A stretch of DNA of 64,000 bases, from positions 1 to 64,000 of the forward strand of contig CAXXMR010000030.1 in NCBI GenBank assembly GCA_963663805.2. The letters run 5' to 3'. A model generated the notes under the pieces. It saw only the letters and a program-made list of their open reading frames with translations. It searched no databases and was not told the DNA's origin. Both the position numbers and the translations under genes were made by a program. This document shows positions 1 to 11,045 of the stretch, in pieces. Source of the DNA: Sedimentisphaerales bacterium. GTDB lineage: Bacteria; Planctomycetota; Phycisphaerae; Sedimentisphaerales; SM23-30. How positions within the stretch are numbered: position 1 is the stretch's first letter; every line of letters starts with the position of its first letter.

Positions 1-2
1 AG

Positions 3-389
3 GCCGCTAATAAGGTTGTCCAGGCCGCGAGATTCTACGACGAGGATGAGGATGGCCTCATTCAGGACTGGCAGGGCCGGGTGTTCATGAACCCACCCTA
101 TGCTCAGCCGCATATTCAGCGTTTCTGCGAAAAACTCGCCCGGCATGTCAGCAGCGGTGAAGTGTCCGAGGCGGTGGTACTGGTAAATAACGCCACCGAG
201 ACGCGCTGGGGCCAGATGCTGCTCGGCCTGGCCGCGGCGGTATGTTTCCCGGCCGGGAGAGTGAAATTCTGGCATCCCGAAAAAGTATCCGCGCCCCTGC
301 AGGGTCAGATGATCCTGTATTTCGGTTCGGAAAGAGAAAAATTCACCCATTTATTTAAAGAAGAAGGAGTCATTTGCCATGGTCGCTAA
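3..389 (+). CDS. Phage-type DNA N6-adenine methyltransferase, 5' part outside the window
   Basis: The frame is open from nt 3 and reads [33 protein letters not shown]...NNATETRW. The DGLxxxW and NPPY motifs fit the phage Dam-like family. Confidence 0.85.
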   Translation, partial: AANKVVQAARFYDEDEDGLIQDWQGRVFMNPPYAQPHIQRFCEKLARHVSSGEVSEAVVLVNNATETRWGQMLLGLAAAVCFPAGRVKFWHPEKVSAPLQGQMILYFGSEREKFTHLFKEEGVICHGR

Positions 390-801
390 TGGATATAACC
401 CGCTACGTTGGGATTGTGAAAAACAGGGCTGTTTCAATCAGAAGAAGCGGCCCAAGATCGAGATCTTCGCTGATTGTTTGCCCGGTAAGATCGCCTTGGG
501 CGATGTGGACGGCCTGGTGGAGATTCAGGGGAATCTGCTGTTTCTGGAATTCAAGGAACATGGCCGTATCCCCCGGGGTCAGCAGATTCTCTTTGAGCGC
601 TTGACTCGATTGTGTCCGGCTACGGTGCTGGTAGTGGAAGCCGACACCGAGACCATGGATATTTTCGGGGTCAGTTACATCTTCGACGGCAAGATTGAGC
701 CGCAGGTTCTCATGAATCAGGAAGGACTCAAGAATCTGGTGAGAAGCTGGGCTGATTGGGCTCAGCATAACCCGGCCTTCAAATGCAAGGTGTCAACCTG
801 A
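379..801 (+). CDS. Hypothetical phage protein, possible PD-(D/E)xK nuclease fold
   Basis: 140 aa, overlaps the MTase stop, good RBS (gaaggag). DVDGLVE...FLEFK resembles a D...ExK motif. Confidence 0.55.
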   Translation: MVANGYNPLRWDCEKQGCFNQKKRPKIEIFADCLPGKIALGDVDGLVEIQGNLLFLEFKEHGRIPRGQQILFERLTRLCPATVLVVEADTETMDIFGVSYIFDGKIEPQVLMNQEGLKNLVRSWADWAQHNPAFKCKVST

Positions 802-867
802 TTTAGGGCCGGCAGCACAGTCAAGCTTAATGGTAATTACTCAATAATCCAAATTGATGGAGAACTT

Positions 868-1161
868 ATGTCAAAATACACATTGGAAAAACTGGAACAG
901 GATATTACGGAAATCATCAACGATCTGTCAGCTCTAAGGGCCGCCAAGGGACATGATTACAGTGGCAGCGCAGACACCCTCGACAACCTGCGCGAGTTCG
1001 GCAGCCACGGTGTCCTGGTGCGGATTGGCGATAAATTTAAACGGCTCAAGCATTTCTATCAGCAAGGAGTGCTGCAAGTGGCGGATGAGAAGATCACCGA
1101 TACCATGGATGATCTGATCAATTATGCCCTCTATCTCAAGATCATGTATGGCCAGTGGTGA
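868..1161 (+). CDS. DUF1599-like nucleotide-modification-associated protein; 3' end and stop supplied by IS21
   Basis: KGHDY...GVLVRIGDKFKRL...DEKITDTMDDLINYA pattern. The TGA at 1159-1161 lies inside the IS inverted repeat. Confidence 0.7.
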   Translation: MSKYTLEKLEQDITEIINDLSALRAAKGHDYSGSADTLDNLREFGSHGVLVRIGDKFKRLKHFYQQGVLQVADEKITDTMDDLINYALYLKIMYGQW

Positions 1162-1291
1162 TTAGCATTGAAAATGGAGCCAGATTTGCGGGTTTTCTCT
1201 TCTGAAAAAGCATCGAAAAAGGAGCCACTGTAAAAGGCCGATAAGATGTGTTTAAGATACGTAACATTTTAGACACAGGAGGCTTAGAAAG

Positions 1292-2779
1292 GTGCTTACA
1301 GTGGAGCATTATGAGATTATCAGACGTAAAGTTCGTGATGGGATATCGCAACGTGAGGTTGCCCTGGAGCTGGGGCATTCGCGTAACACGGTGGCCAAGG
1401 CCCTGAAAAATCCGATTCCGCCGGGCTATCGGCTCAGTCAGCCGCGGGTCAAGGCTGTCATGGATCCCTTCGCGCACATTATTGACACCTGGCTGGAATC
1501 TGACAAAAAGGTTCGGCGTAAGCAGCGGATGCAGGCGACCAAAATGTATCAGCGGCTTTGTGACGAGTATGGTTTCACCGGCCATTACAGCACTGTCCAG
1601 CGGTATATCAAGGAGGCGAGTAATCGCCAAAAAGAAGCTTACCTGCCGTTAGCGTTTGAGTTTGGCGAAGAAGCCCAGGTTGACTGGCATGAAGCTAACA
1701 TTAAAGAAAACGGCAGGGAGAAGAAGGTCTACGTTTTTTGCATGAAGCTGTGCTGTTCTAAGGCTCCTTTTGTTTGTGCTTACGAGAGCATGAAGATCGA
1801 ATGTTTTCTTGACGGCCATGTCCGGGCGTTTGAATATTTCGGCGGCGTGCCCAAACGCATTGCTTACGACAATTTAAAAACTGCGGTTCTAAAGGTTCTC
1901 AAAAAAGGCAAGCGTCGGCTCAACCGCAAATTCGTAGAGCTTAAGAGTTGGTATTTGTTTGACACTCGTTTTTGCAATGTCGCTAAAGGTAATGAAAAAG
2001 GCGATGTCGAGAATCTCGCCAAGCGAAGTGAAAGGCAGTTCTTCTCTCCGGTTCCGAGAGTTACCGATATGGCTCAGCTGAATGAGATGCTGATTGCTCA
2101 GTGTATCAAAGAACTGGATCGCCAGGGCCCTGCACCTCATACGAATAAAACCATTGGCGATTTATTTGCGGAAGAGAAAACACATTTATACGAACTGCCT
2201 GAGCAGAAGTTTGAAGCCTGTCGTCGAATATCCACCTTTGCGGACAAACAGCTTACAGTACGGGTTGATACTAACCGGTATTCGGTGCCGACGGAGTATG
2301 CCTATCAATCTTGCCAGGTCAAGGTATTCGTTGACCGGGTTGACCTGTTCTATAAAAATGAGCTGGTTGCCTCGCATTCCAGATGTTACGATAAAGACCA
2401 GTATATCCTGGATCCGCTGCATTATATCAAACTTTTAGAGCGTAAGCCCGGTTCGCTGGATAATGCTCGGCCATTCAAGGGCCAGCCCTGGGGCGAAGAT
2501 TTCACCTTGATGCGAACAGAGCTTGAATATCGATACGGCAGTGAAGGGACCGGTAAATACATCAACATCCTGCTGCTCTTTATCAGGCATCCGCAAAAAG
2601 AAGTTGAACATGCCGTTGGTGTTTGTGTCAAGTGCCGGGCGTTCAGCGATGAAGCGGTGGAAAGCTTTTTACGTAACGGCTCACAATTGAACCTTGCCGG
2701 CAATCAAGTCCTGGTAAACCAAGGCGATGGCAAACGCAATCTCGATGTTTATAACCAGTTGGCCGGGGAGGTAGCATGA
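1292..2779 (+). CDS. istA: IS21 transposase IstA
   Basis: N-terminal HTH, QVDW, YDNLK and KGxVE DDE motifs, YSVP; 495 aa. Confidence 0.95.
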   Translation: MLTVEHYEIIRRKVRDGISQREVALELGHSRNTVAKALKNPIPPGYRLSQPRVKAVMDPFAHIIDTWLESDKKVRRKQRMQATKMYQRLCDEYGFTGHYSTVQRYIKEASNRQKEAYLPLAFEFGEEAQVDWHEANIKENGREKKVYVFCMKLCCSKAPFVCAYESMKIECFLDGHVRAFEYFGGVPKRIAYDNLKTAVLKVLKKGKRRLNRKFVELKSWYLFDTRFCNVAKGNEKGDVENLAKRSERQFFSPVPRVTDMAQLNEMLIAQCIKELDRQGPAPHTNKTIGDLFAEEKTHLYELPEQKFEACRRISTFADKQLTVRVDTNRYSVPTEYAYQSCQVKVFVDRVDLFYKNELVASHSRCYDKDQYILDPLHYIKLLERKPGSLDNARPFKGQPWGEDFTLMRTELEYRYGSEGTGKYINILLLFIRHPQKEVEHAVGVCVKCRAFSDEAVESFLRNGSQLNLAGNQVLVNQGDGKRNLDVYNQLAGEVA

Positions 2780-3540
2780 AAGATCCAATGGTTTTATTAA
2801 AAAGCTATCTCAAGACCCTGAAGCTTCCGACAATTCAAAAAGAGTATCAGACAATTGCCCGGGCATCCGCCCAGGCAAACGAATCCTATGAAAGTTACCT
2901 GCAAAGACTGGCCGAAATCGAAGTCTTTCATCGACAGTCGCAGGCCATCGCCAGGAGATTGAAACAGGCAAACTTCCCCATGACTAAGGAACTTGAAAGT
3001 TTTGATTTTATGGCCGTGCCGCAGATAAATAAAAAACAGATTATCGACCTTTCGATGTGCGGCTTTATCGACCGCCGCAGTAATATCGTCTTTACCGGCC
3101 CGCCGGGCGTGGGTAAAAGTCATCTGGCCATCGCCCTCGGCCGGGAAGCCTGCCGACGAGGTTATAAAGTGCGGTTCTTTACCGCTGCTGAACTGGTTAA
3201 TACGTATCTCGAAGCCCGACAGGAAAGAGCGGTGTTGAAATTAGAGAGCTATATAAAAAAATGCGACCTGATCATCATCGATGAACTGGGCTATGTCCCG
3301 TTCGACCGTATCGGAGCGGAACATCTGTTCGGCTTTTTCAGCCAGTGCTATGAACAAACCAGCCTGATCGTAACAACGAATCTGCCATTCGCCGATTGGC
3401 CCCAGGTCTTTGGCGATGATGAAAGATTAGCCGGTGCTCTGCTGGACCGACTGACCCACCATGTGAGCGTGGTCGAAATCATAACCGACAGCTGGCGACT
3501 TAACCAGAGTTTAGAGAAAAAACGGAAAAAAGAAGGCTAA
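2776..3540 (+). CDS. istB: IS21 helper ATPase IstB
   Basis: Walker A GPPGVGKS, IIDELGY, TTNLPF, LLDRLTHH. Confidence 0.95.
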   Translation: MKDPMVLLKSYLKTLKLPTIQKEYQTIARASAQANESYESYLQRLAEIEVFHRQSQAIARRLKQANFPMTKELESFDFMAVPQINKKQIIDLSMCGFIDRRSNIVFTGPPGVGKSHLAIALGREACRRGYKVRFFTAAELVNTYLEARQERAVLKLESYIKKCDLIIIDELGYVPFDRIGAEHLFGFFSQCYEQTSLIVTTNLPFADWPQVFGDDERLAGALLDRLTHHVSVVEIITDSWRLNQSLEKKRKKEG

Positions 3541-3667
3541 GAAAGCCTCAATCCAACGAAAAAGGACCAGAATCCCTATTGACAACGCCGAAATCGGCGT
3601 TATTTTACTAACCTAAGTGGCTCAGATTTCGATGCAAATCTGGCTCCATTTTCAATACTAATCACCA

Positions 3668-4476
3668 ATTGGTATCCCATCGGCAGCGGAACGGTGGGAG
3701 AACATTACAATCAGATGGTTTGGTATGGCGACAAACTCTATATCAGAACCACGGCCAGTGAAGTCTTTACCTGGGATGGTGAGAATTTTGAACGGTTCAA
3801 AGGCGGATATAATTCTGTTATGGAAAATAGTGAAGGTTTAATATTTGGCTTAAACAGTTATCGCCAGCCCGCCGATATCGAAGCCCGTAATATCGCCCTT
3901 TGGGATGGCACAGAATACCACGCCCTGGGCGATGGTGTAAATGGCAGAGTTCATACCATCGAAGAACACAACGGTGAAATATATATCGGCGGAGTGTTCA
4001 CCCGAACCTATAATAACAATCCCCTCTGGCTAAAATATGTCGCAAAATGGAACGCTGCGGAGCAGAAGTGGGAACCGGTGGCCGGTGGTCTGCCGGGAAC
4101 GGTACTAAAAATTCGCAGTATCGGTTCGCGGCTGTTCGCCTGTACCGACGGCCATGGAGTTTATGAGCTGGTTGAAGATGAGTGGATACGATATGACAAA
4201 TATTGCCGGGAGACTATCCGGGATGCGGCGCTGTTTGCGGGAGAGTTGATTGTATGCGGGGAATTCGGTTCTATCGTCGGCTTAGGGCCGGCGACGCTGG
4301 TGCGTTGGGATGGCGCAGATTGGGAAATAATAGCCCAGGGACAGTATCAATATAGCTCCATAGAAGATGTTGTCGTTGACGGTAATCGGGTGATTGTGGC
4401 GGGCAGTCAGTGGGGGTGTCCGGAGTTCTCACAGAATTATGGGGAGGTTCGGGTGGGGGAGGTTGCCAAAACGTAG
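3668..4476 (+). pseudogene. 5'-truncated beta-propeller-like repeat protein, last gene of a prophage-like element
   Basis: The frame is open right up to the IS21 end. Repeated WDG motifs (NIALWDG...GVNGRVH...IYIGGVF). Paralog fragment at 31240-31591. Confidence 0.65.
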
Positions 4477-4490
4477 TGTTTTTTAGAGTT

Positions 4491-4558
4491 GGGGTCCCGA
4501 GTTGGACACATCACTGTTAAGCGTTTTAGAATTTCCGAAAATCGAATGGTACGGGGAG
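4491..4558 (+). repeat. 68-bp att-like element-end motif, copy 1
   Basis: Ungapped 54/68 match to 45284-45351, with the first 21 bp identical (GGGGTCCCGAGTTGGACACAT). Sits at the phage/host boundary. Confidence 0.7.
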
Positions 4559-4564
4559 GTAGCG

Positions 4565-6076
4565 TTACCAATATTTCTTGAATACTGGTAGCAGTACGTC
4601 GGGGTAGTCGGTACCGACATTCAAAATGCCGATCTGGAACAGTCTTTCGTATACGGCGGGGTCGTCGATATCCCAAGGCATTATTTGCAGTATTATGCCG
4701 CGTTTTTGCAGTTCAGCCTGGGTTCCGAGCATGAACTCATCGGAAAGCTGATAGCCATTTTCGATTGGTTTATAGTGCAAGTGAACAATATAAATATTTT
4801 TAAAATCATACTGACGCAAATAATCGAGTTTGCGGCTGATAGCCTGCTCGGAACTGCCCATCCATATCATCGTTTGTGATTCGGGCAGCAGTTCGCGCCA
4901 GCGGCAAATAAGATCGTAATTCTTGGTGGTAAAAATCACCTGTTTCTCGATGTTATGCTTTTGGGTCATTTCAACCAGACGATTTAAATCGATAGTCTTA
5001 TAGTCCAGATACATGCACTTCCCGGGATCGCGTGACATTACTTCAAAAACTTCGTCGAGAGTAGGGATTTTTTGTCCCGGTTTCCCGCGAAATTCGCCCA
5101 CATCGACAGACTTAAGATCAGCCAGAGTAAGTTCGCCTATGGGACGATTTTTTAATTCATCCGGCGCGGACGGCGCGGTGCGATTGAGGTCATTGTCATG
5201 AAAACAGACAATAACATCATCCTTTGTGGTGCGAATATCACCTTCAGGAACAAGATTGCGTGACCAGGAATATTCAAAGGCCTCTATGGTATTTTCGGGT
5301 TGATATCTTCCGCCGCCGCGATGAATGGGGACCGGGTAAATATCGTGGTCTTGATAGATTTGGGTTAGTTTGGCATTTACCAGAATGTCCCTGTCAGCCA
5401 GCTTTTTAACCTGATTGAAATTAAGGGCATTATCGTAAATCTTCAAGCTGTCAAGTGCGCCTTTGAGGAAACAATATGGTTCTTTTTTACCACGAGCGAT
5501 TTTGGCACCGATCACCAGAGGTGAATCAGTAGAGCCTATGCCTTTCGCCGGCGCGTCATCAATATCAGCCAGTTTGCCGTCAACGTAAATACTCGCGAAC
5601 CTGCCCTCGTAAACCGCAGCGATATGATGCCAATTGCCGTCATCGACTCTCAAACCGCCAAAGCAGTCATTTTTTTGACATTCCGGACCACGCAAGAGAA
5701 AACTGGCAAATCCATAGTTCTTATATGTACGAACCTGCCAACCTTGATTTTCCTCACCGTTTTTACTCACAAACGCGGCCAATATATTGGGACTGCCGGT
5801 ATCCAGTTTGGCCCAGAAGCATATACTGAAAGCGTTAAGATTATTGAAGATTTCGGAATTATTTACGATTAAAGCTGTATCTGAACCGGCAAGATTGAGG
5901 GCCCGACCGCTTAGCCCTTCACAATATTTAACCTCGCCGTAAGGAACAGCATTCAACGGTGAATTCTCTACCGAGTTGTCAATGTTGCCGTCAAAAGACC
6001 AGTCACAAATAAGCTCCGCAGAACAAACCGAAGCTAATACCAAAACGATTGTAAATAAAACAATTCCTTTTTGCAT
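4565..6076 (-). CDS. Secreted LamG-domain + glycerophosphodiester phosphodiesterase (GDPD)
   Basis: Signal peptide, LamG motifs (WHHIAAVY, YVDG), GDPD motifs HRGG..PENT, DIRTTKD...CFHD, IPTLDE, TDYPD. Confidence 0.88.
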   Translation of the reverse strand: MQKGIVLFTIVLVLASVCSAELICDWSFDGNIDNSVENSPLNAVPYGEVKYCEGLSGRALNLAGSDTALIVNNSEIFNNLNAFSICFWAKLDTGSPNILAAFVSKNGEENQGWQVRTYKNYGFASFLLRGPECQKNDCFGGLRVDDGNWHHIAAVYEGRFASIYVDGKLADIDDAPAKGIGSTDSPLVIGAKIARGKKEPYCFLKGALDSLKIYDNALNFNQVKKLADRDILVNAKLTQIYQDHDIYPVPIHRGGGRYQPENTIEAFEYSWSRNLVPEGDIRTTKDDVIVCFHDNDLNRTAPSAPDELKNRPIGELTLADLKSVDVGEFRGKPGQKIPTLDEVFEVMSRDPGKCMYLDYKTIDLNRLVEMTQKHNIEKQVIFTTKNYDLICRWRELLPESQTMIWMGSSEQAISRKLDYLRQYDFKNIYIVHLHYKPIENGYQLSDEFMLGTQAELQKRGIILQIMPWDIDDPAVYERLFQIGILNVGTDYPDVLLPVFKKYW

Positions 6077-6088
6077 CTCGATAATCCT

Positions 6089-9016
6089 TTACTCAATTTC
6101 CGCTTGCACAAAAGTTTCTGGTGATGACAAATTATTATGTGTCGCTTGAATCCAGGCAGCGTTGCGAACAGTTTTGGAGATGCGAACCTCGTCGAACGTA
6201 CCGCGGGCAAGGTATTCAGGATAATCCGAACCGAAATAATCTCCAAAATCGGCACCGCCGACGCATAAGGCACCCGGCTGAAAACTGGTAACGGTGCTGC
6301 AAGACGCTGTACCAGCCGCCTGACCGTCATAATAGAAGGTCACTGTCGAACCATTTGAGGCCGCGGCAAAATAATGGTATTTACCACGCGGCTGAGCGAT
6401 TGCGGTGCCATAAAGCCAACTGCCGTTCCAGATGCCTAACTTATAAACAGAGCCGTCATAATATGGCTTGAAGGCAAAGCCGTCATTGACCAGATTGCCC
6501 TGCTGATTGGAGAGATTAAAGAAACGGGCGTTTTCGCTTATGTCGTCAAGCCGTGCCCAGACTTCAAAGGTAAAATCACTCAGGCTGGATACCGCGACAG
6601 GATTGGAGCAGAGCAGATAGGTGTTATTGCCATCAAAGACCTGAGCATAGCCGACCGGGGAGGGAATACCACTCAATCCATAAGAGCCGATACGGGCCAG
6701 ATGATGCGAATTTGCGGCACTGTCATACACGCCTGAAACTTCCAACGCGGACGGATTGGCAAGTCTATAAATGCGATGGTCAACGGTTCCGAAATACAAA
6801 TCGTCGCCATAAAAGGCCAGCCCTTCACCTTCGATCGCAAGTTCGCTGCGGATAGTATCTGCAAATTTAACCACACCGTTATCCGGCAGTTCAATTAAAG
6901 CGATTTCAATAGTGGGATTCGGATCAAAAGAATCATAGAGATACCAGAGATACCCGTCGTGATAGTCCATACCCTGGGTCCGAATGCCGGGCTTGATCAA
7001 ACCGGCCCAGGTGTTAATAACGAAATATGAACCGTTATCAGATAGATACAGCTCGTAAACATTATAATTAGTCGAGCCATCCTCAGCTCCGAGCATATAT
7101 ACAGTATTCTCTTCTTTATAGGCGATCATACCGCCATCAATATACTGCGAACCGGCAATTGTCCAGCTCCTTATTTTTACACCACTGGATTTGTCAATTT
7201 CCCAGATTTCGCGATTGTCAATTCCGCAACAGTTAGAAAAAATCAAAGTGTCGTGGTCCTCACGAATATCGGCACCAGTGGAATGCGTCGGGCCGGGAAA
7301 ATAATCAACAATATTACCATCCATATCAATCTTATAAATCCGCCCGTCGGTGTATTCACCCATATTGCGTCCCCAATAGAAATACTCACCGTCAAAGGCC
7401 AGGCCCTGATTGGCATAGCTGGTATTGAGCAGATGGGTCAGAGAAGAGGTCCGACCGGCTGGTGCCTTGTCGTTCATGTGATAGACTACGGCATAATCTT
7501 CGGCATCCCAAATCTTTCCAGTAACAGTTTCAGGCGTGCCGCTTAGTTCCATATAAATTTCAGTATCACTGCCGGACGACAGCAAAGGTACAGAAACGTA
7601 TATTTCCAGTTTACGGCTGTCTTTATCAAATGTTGCCAACTCATAATCAAGGGCAGTATCATCGGACAATTTAAAGTTCAGCCGGCCGATATTATCCGCA
7701 GCCATTAACCAGAACGCCTCGGGCAATACCTTTTCGGTTATCAGAAGCGGAAAGTCCGTCAAATCGCCGGACACTTTGTTATGATCCACGGTAAGTTTGA
7801 TGCGTTTGAGGGTATTTTGTTCGAGCCATTCGTCAGCCAATATCGCGAAATCTACAAAATCGACAATGTCATCGTTATTCAAATCAGAACGGAGAATACC
7901 ACCCGCAGTCACAGTCGTAAAGTTGTCCGCGGAATTATACCAGACCTTCACATCCGCCAGACCGCCGTAAGCCTTGATCTGCCCGCCGGAAACATAAGTA
8001 TTCACTGCTGAAACATTATTACCCTTGAGCAGCAATGTACCGCCGGTAATATCGACTCCCTCACTCAAGACACCGATACTGAAACCGCCAATAAGATTAA
8101 CGGTAACCGTGCCGCCGTCCAGGTTTATCTTGCCCTGGCCGAAACTGCTCCTGCCCACAATCAGATAATTACTCTCGACAGTCCCCCCGGAGACAGTCAT
8201 AGCCGCGGGCAAAAGACCGTACCCAACCGCAAGGCCTTCCCCGGCAACTATGACGGTCCCATTTGAAATATTCAGTTCACTTTCGGCACCGTTTGAGGAC
8301 ATCCGCAACCCACTACGGGCATAAACAGAACCGCCCGAAATATTCATATCAGCGTTGCCTTCCATGCCAACATAGAGCAGGTCAACATCGACAAAACCGC
8401 CGCTGAGATTGAAAGTACATTGGGCTCCGGGTTTATAACCAAGGCCGAGATATTGAATCACCCCAGCATTATCATACATCTGAATCTCACCGCCGGACAT
8501 ATTAAAGACTCCGCCACCGTGGCCCGCGGTACCACCCATGCGAACACGGTCGAGCTGCATGATTCCACCGGTCATATCAATGTCGGCATAACCCAGTCGC
8601 GGCGCGGTAATCTGCATAACACTGATTAAGCCGTCGTTGAGAATCAGACTGCCGTAAGTTCCAGTTGAATGCCCAACGTTAAGATAACCATTACCGTCAA
8701 CCATGCGGTCCATATCCAGGGTGCCGCCGTTAATGGTCAGGCACACCGGGTCCAGTGTCACTGTACCAACACCAAGTTTTAGTTCGCGATAATGGTCGGT
8801 TGTAACACCCGCAGCGATAATCGGGTCGTTGGCTGTATTGTAGATATTGACGAAATTAGCGGGATTAGCCGGATCGTAGGTGTTGTCCCAGTTGGCGGGA
8901 TTAGTCCAGTCGCTGTCAACGCCCAGCCAGGCAAGATAGTTTGTTACTGCAAAAACTGGGCAAGAAGTAAGCAAAATCACAAACAACCAGATATACAATT
9001 TGCCGAAAACAAACAT
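6089..9016 (-). CDS. Secreted multidomain protein: Gly-rich beta-helix-like repeats, dockerin-like, DUF2341-like, propeller-like, LamG
   Basis: Likely start 9016 after a GAGGT RBS. xSGG repeats, SDLNNDDIVDFVDF, LTDFPLLI, C-terminal FDEVRIS. Confidence 0.75.
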   Translation of the reverse strand: MFVFGKLYIWLFVILLTSCPVFAVTNYLAWLGVDSDWTNPANWDNTYDPANPANFVNIYNTANDPIIAAGVTTDHYRELKLGVGTVTLDPVCLTINGGTLDMDRMVDGNGYLNVGHSTGTYGSLILNDGLISVMQITAPRLGYADIDMTGGIMQLDRVRMGGTAGHGGGVFNMSGGEIQMYDNAGVIQYLGLGYKPGAQCTFNLSGGFVDVDLLYVGMEGNADMNISGGSVYARSGLRMSSNGAESELNISNGTVIVAGEGLAVGYGLLPAAMTVSGGTVESNYLIVGRSSFGQGKINLDGGTVTVNLIGGFSIGVLSEGVDITGGTLLLKGNNVSAVNTYVSGGQIKAYGGLADVKVWYNSADNFTTVTAGGILRSDLNNDDIVDFVDFAILADEWLEQNTLKRIKLTVDHNKVSGDLTDFPLLITEKVLPEAFWLMAADNIGRLNFKLSDDTALDYELATFDKDSRKLEIYVSVPLLSSGSDTEIYMELSGTPETVTGKIWDAEDYAVVYHMNDKAPAGRTSSLTHLLNTSYANQGLAFDGEYFYWGRNMGEYTDGRIYKIDMDGNIVDYFPGPTHSTGADIREDHDTLIFSNCCGIDNREIWEIDKSSGVKIRSWTIAGSQYIDGGMIAYKEENTVYMLGAEDGSTNYNVYELYLSDNGSYFVINTWAGLIKPGIRTQGMDYHDGYLWYLYDSFDPNPTIEIALIELPDNGVVKFADTIRSELAIEGEGLAFYGDDLYFGTVDHRIYRLANPSALEVSGVYDSAANSHHLARIGSYGLSGIPSPVGYAQVFDGNNTYLLCSNPVAVSSLSDFTFEVWARLDDISENARFFNLSNQQGNLVNDGFAFKPYYDGSVYKLGIWNGSWLYGTAIAQPRGKYHYFAAASNGSTVTFYYDGQAAGTASCSTVTSFQPGALCVGGADFGDYFGSDYPEYLARGTFDEVRISKTVRNAAWIQATHNNLSSPETFVQAEIE

Positions 9017-9051
9017 TAAAACCTCACTATTAAACAAAAGTGGAATGTAAA

Positions 9052-9083
9052 CAGGCTCCAGCCAAAACATAAGCCGGAGCCTG
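9052..9083 (-). terminator. Intergenic stem-loop (terminator or mRNA stabiliser)
   Basis: CAGGCTCC...GGAGCCTG inverted repeat. Confidence 0.45.
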
Positions 9084-9112
9084 CTAAATTTACAAAAGCA
9101 ACTTAAACACTT

Positions 9113-10969
9113 TTATTCACATGCCTCAGGAATGCTCCAGCCGCAGTCCATCCAGCCGGTAGAGATAGTCGCAAAATCGTTCAGGTCAACAACGCAGTCG
9201 CCATTCAAATCACCTTGGGTTTCGTCGATGGAACATTGCGGGTCAACCATGGTAAAATCAACGGTAATTCCGGTCGTCGCCACACTGTTCTTCACGCCAT
9301 CGACTCGCCAGAAATACTGTTTGCCGTATTCCAGAGCACCGTAGTGATAGTCAGTGTCGCTTGCGCCCTGAGAATTCACCAGAATCATGCCGGCTTCGGT
9401 TTCGCCGATGTAAATATCAACGGTATCATAATCGCCGGCCATGTCCCAACTCAAAACTTGGGCCTTGAGAATGTCAGGCGTACCTGAAGTGGGTACATGA
9501 TTATAAGCACCCTCAGGAGAGGTGGTAAAACTCCAGACCTCACCGGTGGTCGCCGTCGGCGAAGTGGTATCCACCCGCCAATAATAGGTCGTGTTGGGCA
9601 GTAATGATAACGAAGCACTGGTAATGTCCGTGCCGGTTGCGACATTGGTCGCCGTCGCCATAGCCGGATCGGTATCCAGCCACACGCTTACACCAACTGA
9701 CTGACCTTCGAAAGGATTAACCCAGCTTACCAGACCCGGCAATACCGACACAAAATCCTCATCAAGCCACGGGTTAGGAGTATGGGCCGTATCATCAGCG
9801 GTAATAGTATCAACACCGTCAAACTTCGCCCGGCCGGAGCCGCTGTAAGCAATGATATTGCCCGATGCGATATAGCCTTCGATCGTGCCGTTTAACGGAT
9901 AATTGTTCCAGACAATTTCGCCGCCGCTCATATCGATAATCGGATTAAGGCCGTCTGCGGTCTTCATCGACAGGAAACCGCCGGAATTGTCATAATTAAC
10001 TTCGATCGTCCCGCCGCTCATATTCAGCGTGGGGTCGGTAACGCAATCATCGCCGCCTTCGGGGTCGGTATAGCCGACATAAAGGTTCGTGCAATACAAA
10101 TCACCGCCCGACATATTCATCGTCGCGCTGCCCGGCCCGCTGTGCCCGACGATCAGACCTGAACCGTTAACCGTAACAGTACCGGCGGTCATATTCAAAG
10201 TACCGTCACCATCCATACTGTCACTATTAGCGGAAATCCGAATGTAGCAGGATTTGTCAGGATCATTCGTGGCATTAATAGTGCCGCCGTTAATATTAAA
10301 CTCACCATCTTCGTACCACGCAATGGTGATAGTATTCAGATTGATAGTGCCGCCGCTAAGATTAAACGCCGTATACCCGCCGGTCTGGTAACCAATGGTG
10401 ATATATTGGGTATAAGCGGGATTATCCGTCATCGCCAGCGTACCGCCGGTCATATTAATAAAACCACCTGAGTGACCCGCTCCATGCCCCATACGGATAC
10501 GGTCCAGATGTAGCGTACCGCCGGAGATATAACCTTCGGCATAACCGCGACCGGGGCAGCCCATCTGCATCGCCCAGATATGACCGGCACTGATGTCAAG
10601 ATACGCCGTGCCGCCGTTTTCAGTACCAATGTTAAGATAACCGTTAGCGGTATATAGCCTGTCAACCAGAAGCGTACCGCCGGTAACCGTCAAACCCGAA
10701 CCGTCACCACCGTCGTTATAGCCAAAACGCACTTCACGGTAAACTTCGGTAGTAACCCCGGTTGGCAGAACCGGGTCGCAATCAGAGCTTTTAATAATAG
10801 CGGTATTCACATAACCAACCTCAGTACTGTAAGGCTTGTCCCAGTTGTTGGGGTCAAACCAGTCGGTACTGCCGTCACAATCCCAATATCGGTAATTCGT
10901 CGCAGCGCTCGCGGCGGTAAAACTAAGGGCCAGAACCATCAATATCATCAGCAAAATAGATTTCTTCAT
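9113..10969 (-). CDS. Secreted protein: Gly-rich repeats, two YYWRVD Fn3-like modules, C-terminal dockerin-like domain
   Basis: Signal peptide, YYWRVD/YFWRVD, GDLNGDCVVDLNDF. Paralog of both neighbours. Confidence 0.8.
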   Translation of the reverse strand: MKKSILLMILMVLALSFTAASAATNYRYWDCDGSTDWFDPNNWDKPYSTEVGYVNTAIIKSSDCDPVLPTGVTTEVYREVRFGYNDGGDGSGLTVTGGTLLVDRLYTANGYLNIGTENGGTAYLDISAGHIWAMQMGCPGRGYAEGYISGGTLHLDRIRMGHGAGHSGGFINMTGGTLAMTDNPAYTQYITIGYQTGGYTAFNLSGGTINLNTITIAWYEDGEFNINGGTINATNDPDKSCYIRISANSDSMDGDGTLNMTAGTVTVNGSGLIVGHSGPGSATMNMSGGDLYCTNLYVGYTDPEGGDDCVTDPTLNMSGGTIEVNYDNSGGFLSMKTADGLNPIIDMSGGEIVWNNYPLNGTIEGYIASGNIIAYSGSGRAKFDGVDTITADDTAHTPNPWLDEDFVSVLPGLVSWVNPFEGQSVGVSVWLDTDPAMATATNVATGTDITSASLSLLPNTTYYWRVDTTSPTATTGEVWSFTTSPEGAYNHVPTSGTPDILKAQVLSWDMAGDYDTVDIYIGETEAGMILVNSQGASDTDYHYGALEYGKQYFWRVDGVKNSVATTGITVDFTMVDPQCSIDETQGDLNGDCVVDLNDFATISTGWMDCGWSIPEACE

Positions 10970-10993
10970 TTTACGTCTCCTATAGTTCTCTCC

Positions 10994-11020
10994 TGCCCGG
11001 AAACACTGTGTTTCCGGGCA
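10994..11020 (-). terminator. Intergenic stem-loop
   Basis: TGCCCGGAAACAC-T-GTGTTTCCGGGCA perfect inverted repeat. Confidence 0.5.
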
Positions 11021-11045
11021 AGTGAATAAAACTCAATTTCTCCAG

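Larger units (their letters stand above)
1156..3667 (+). mobile_element. IS21-family insertion sequence, copy 1 (2512 bp)
   Basis: istA+istB with terminal IRs TGGTGATTAGCATTGAAAATGGAGCCAGATTTGC at 1156 and a near-identical reverse complement ending at 3667. No target-site duplication. Confidence 0.95.
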
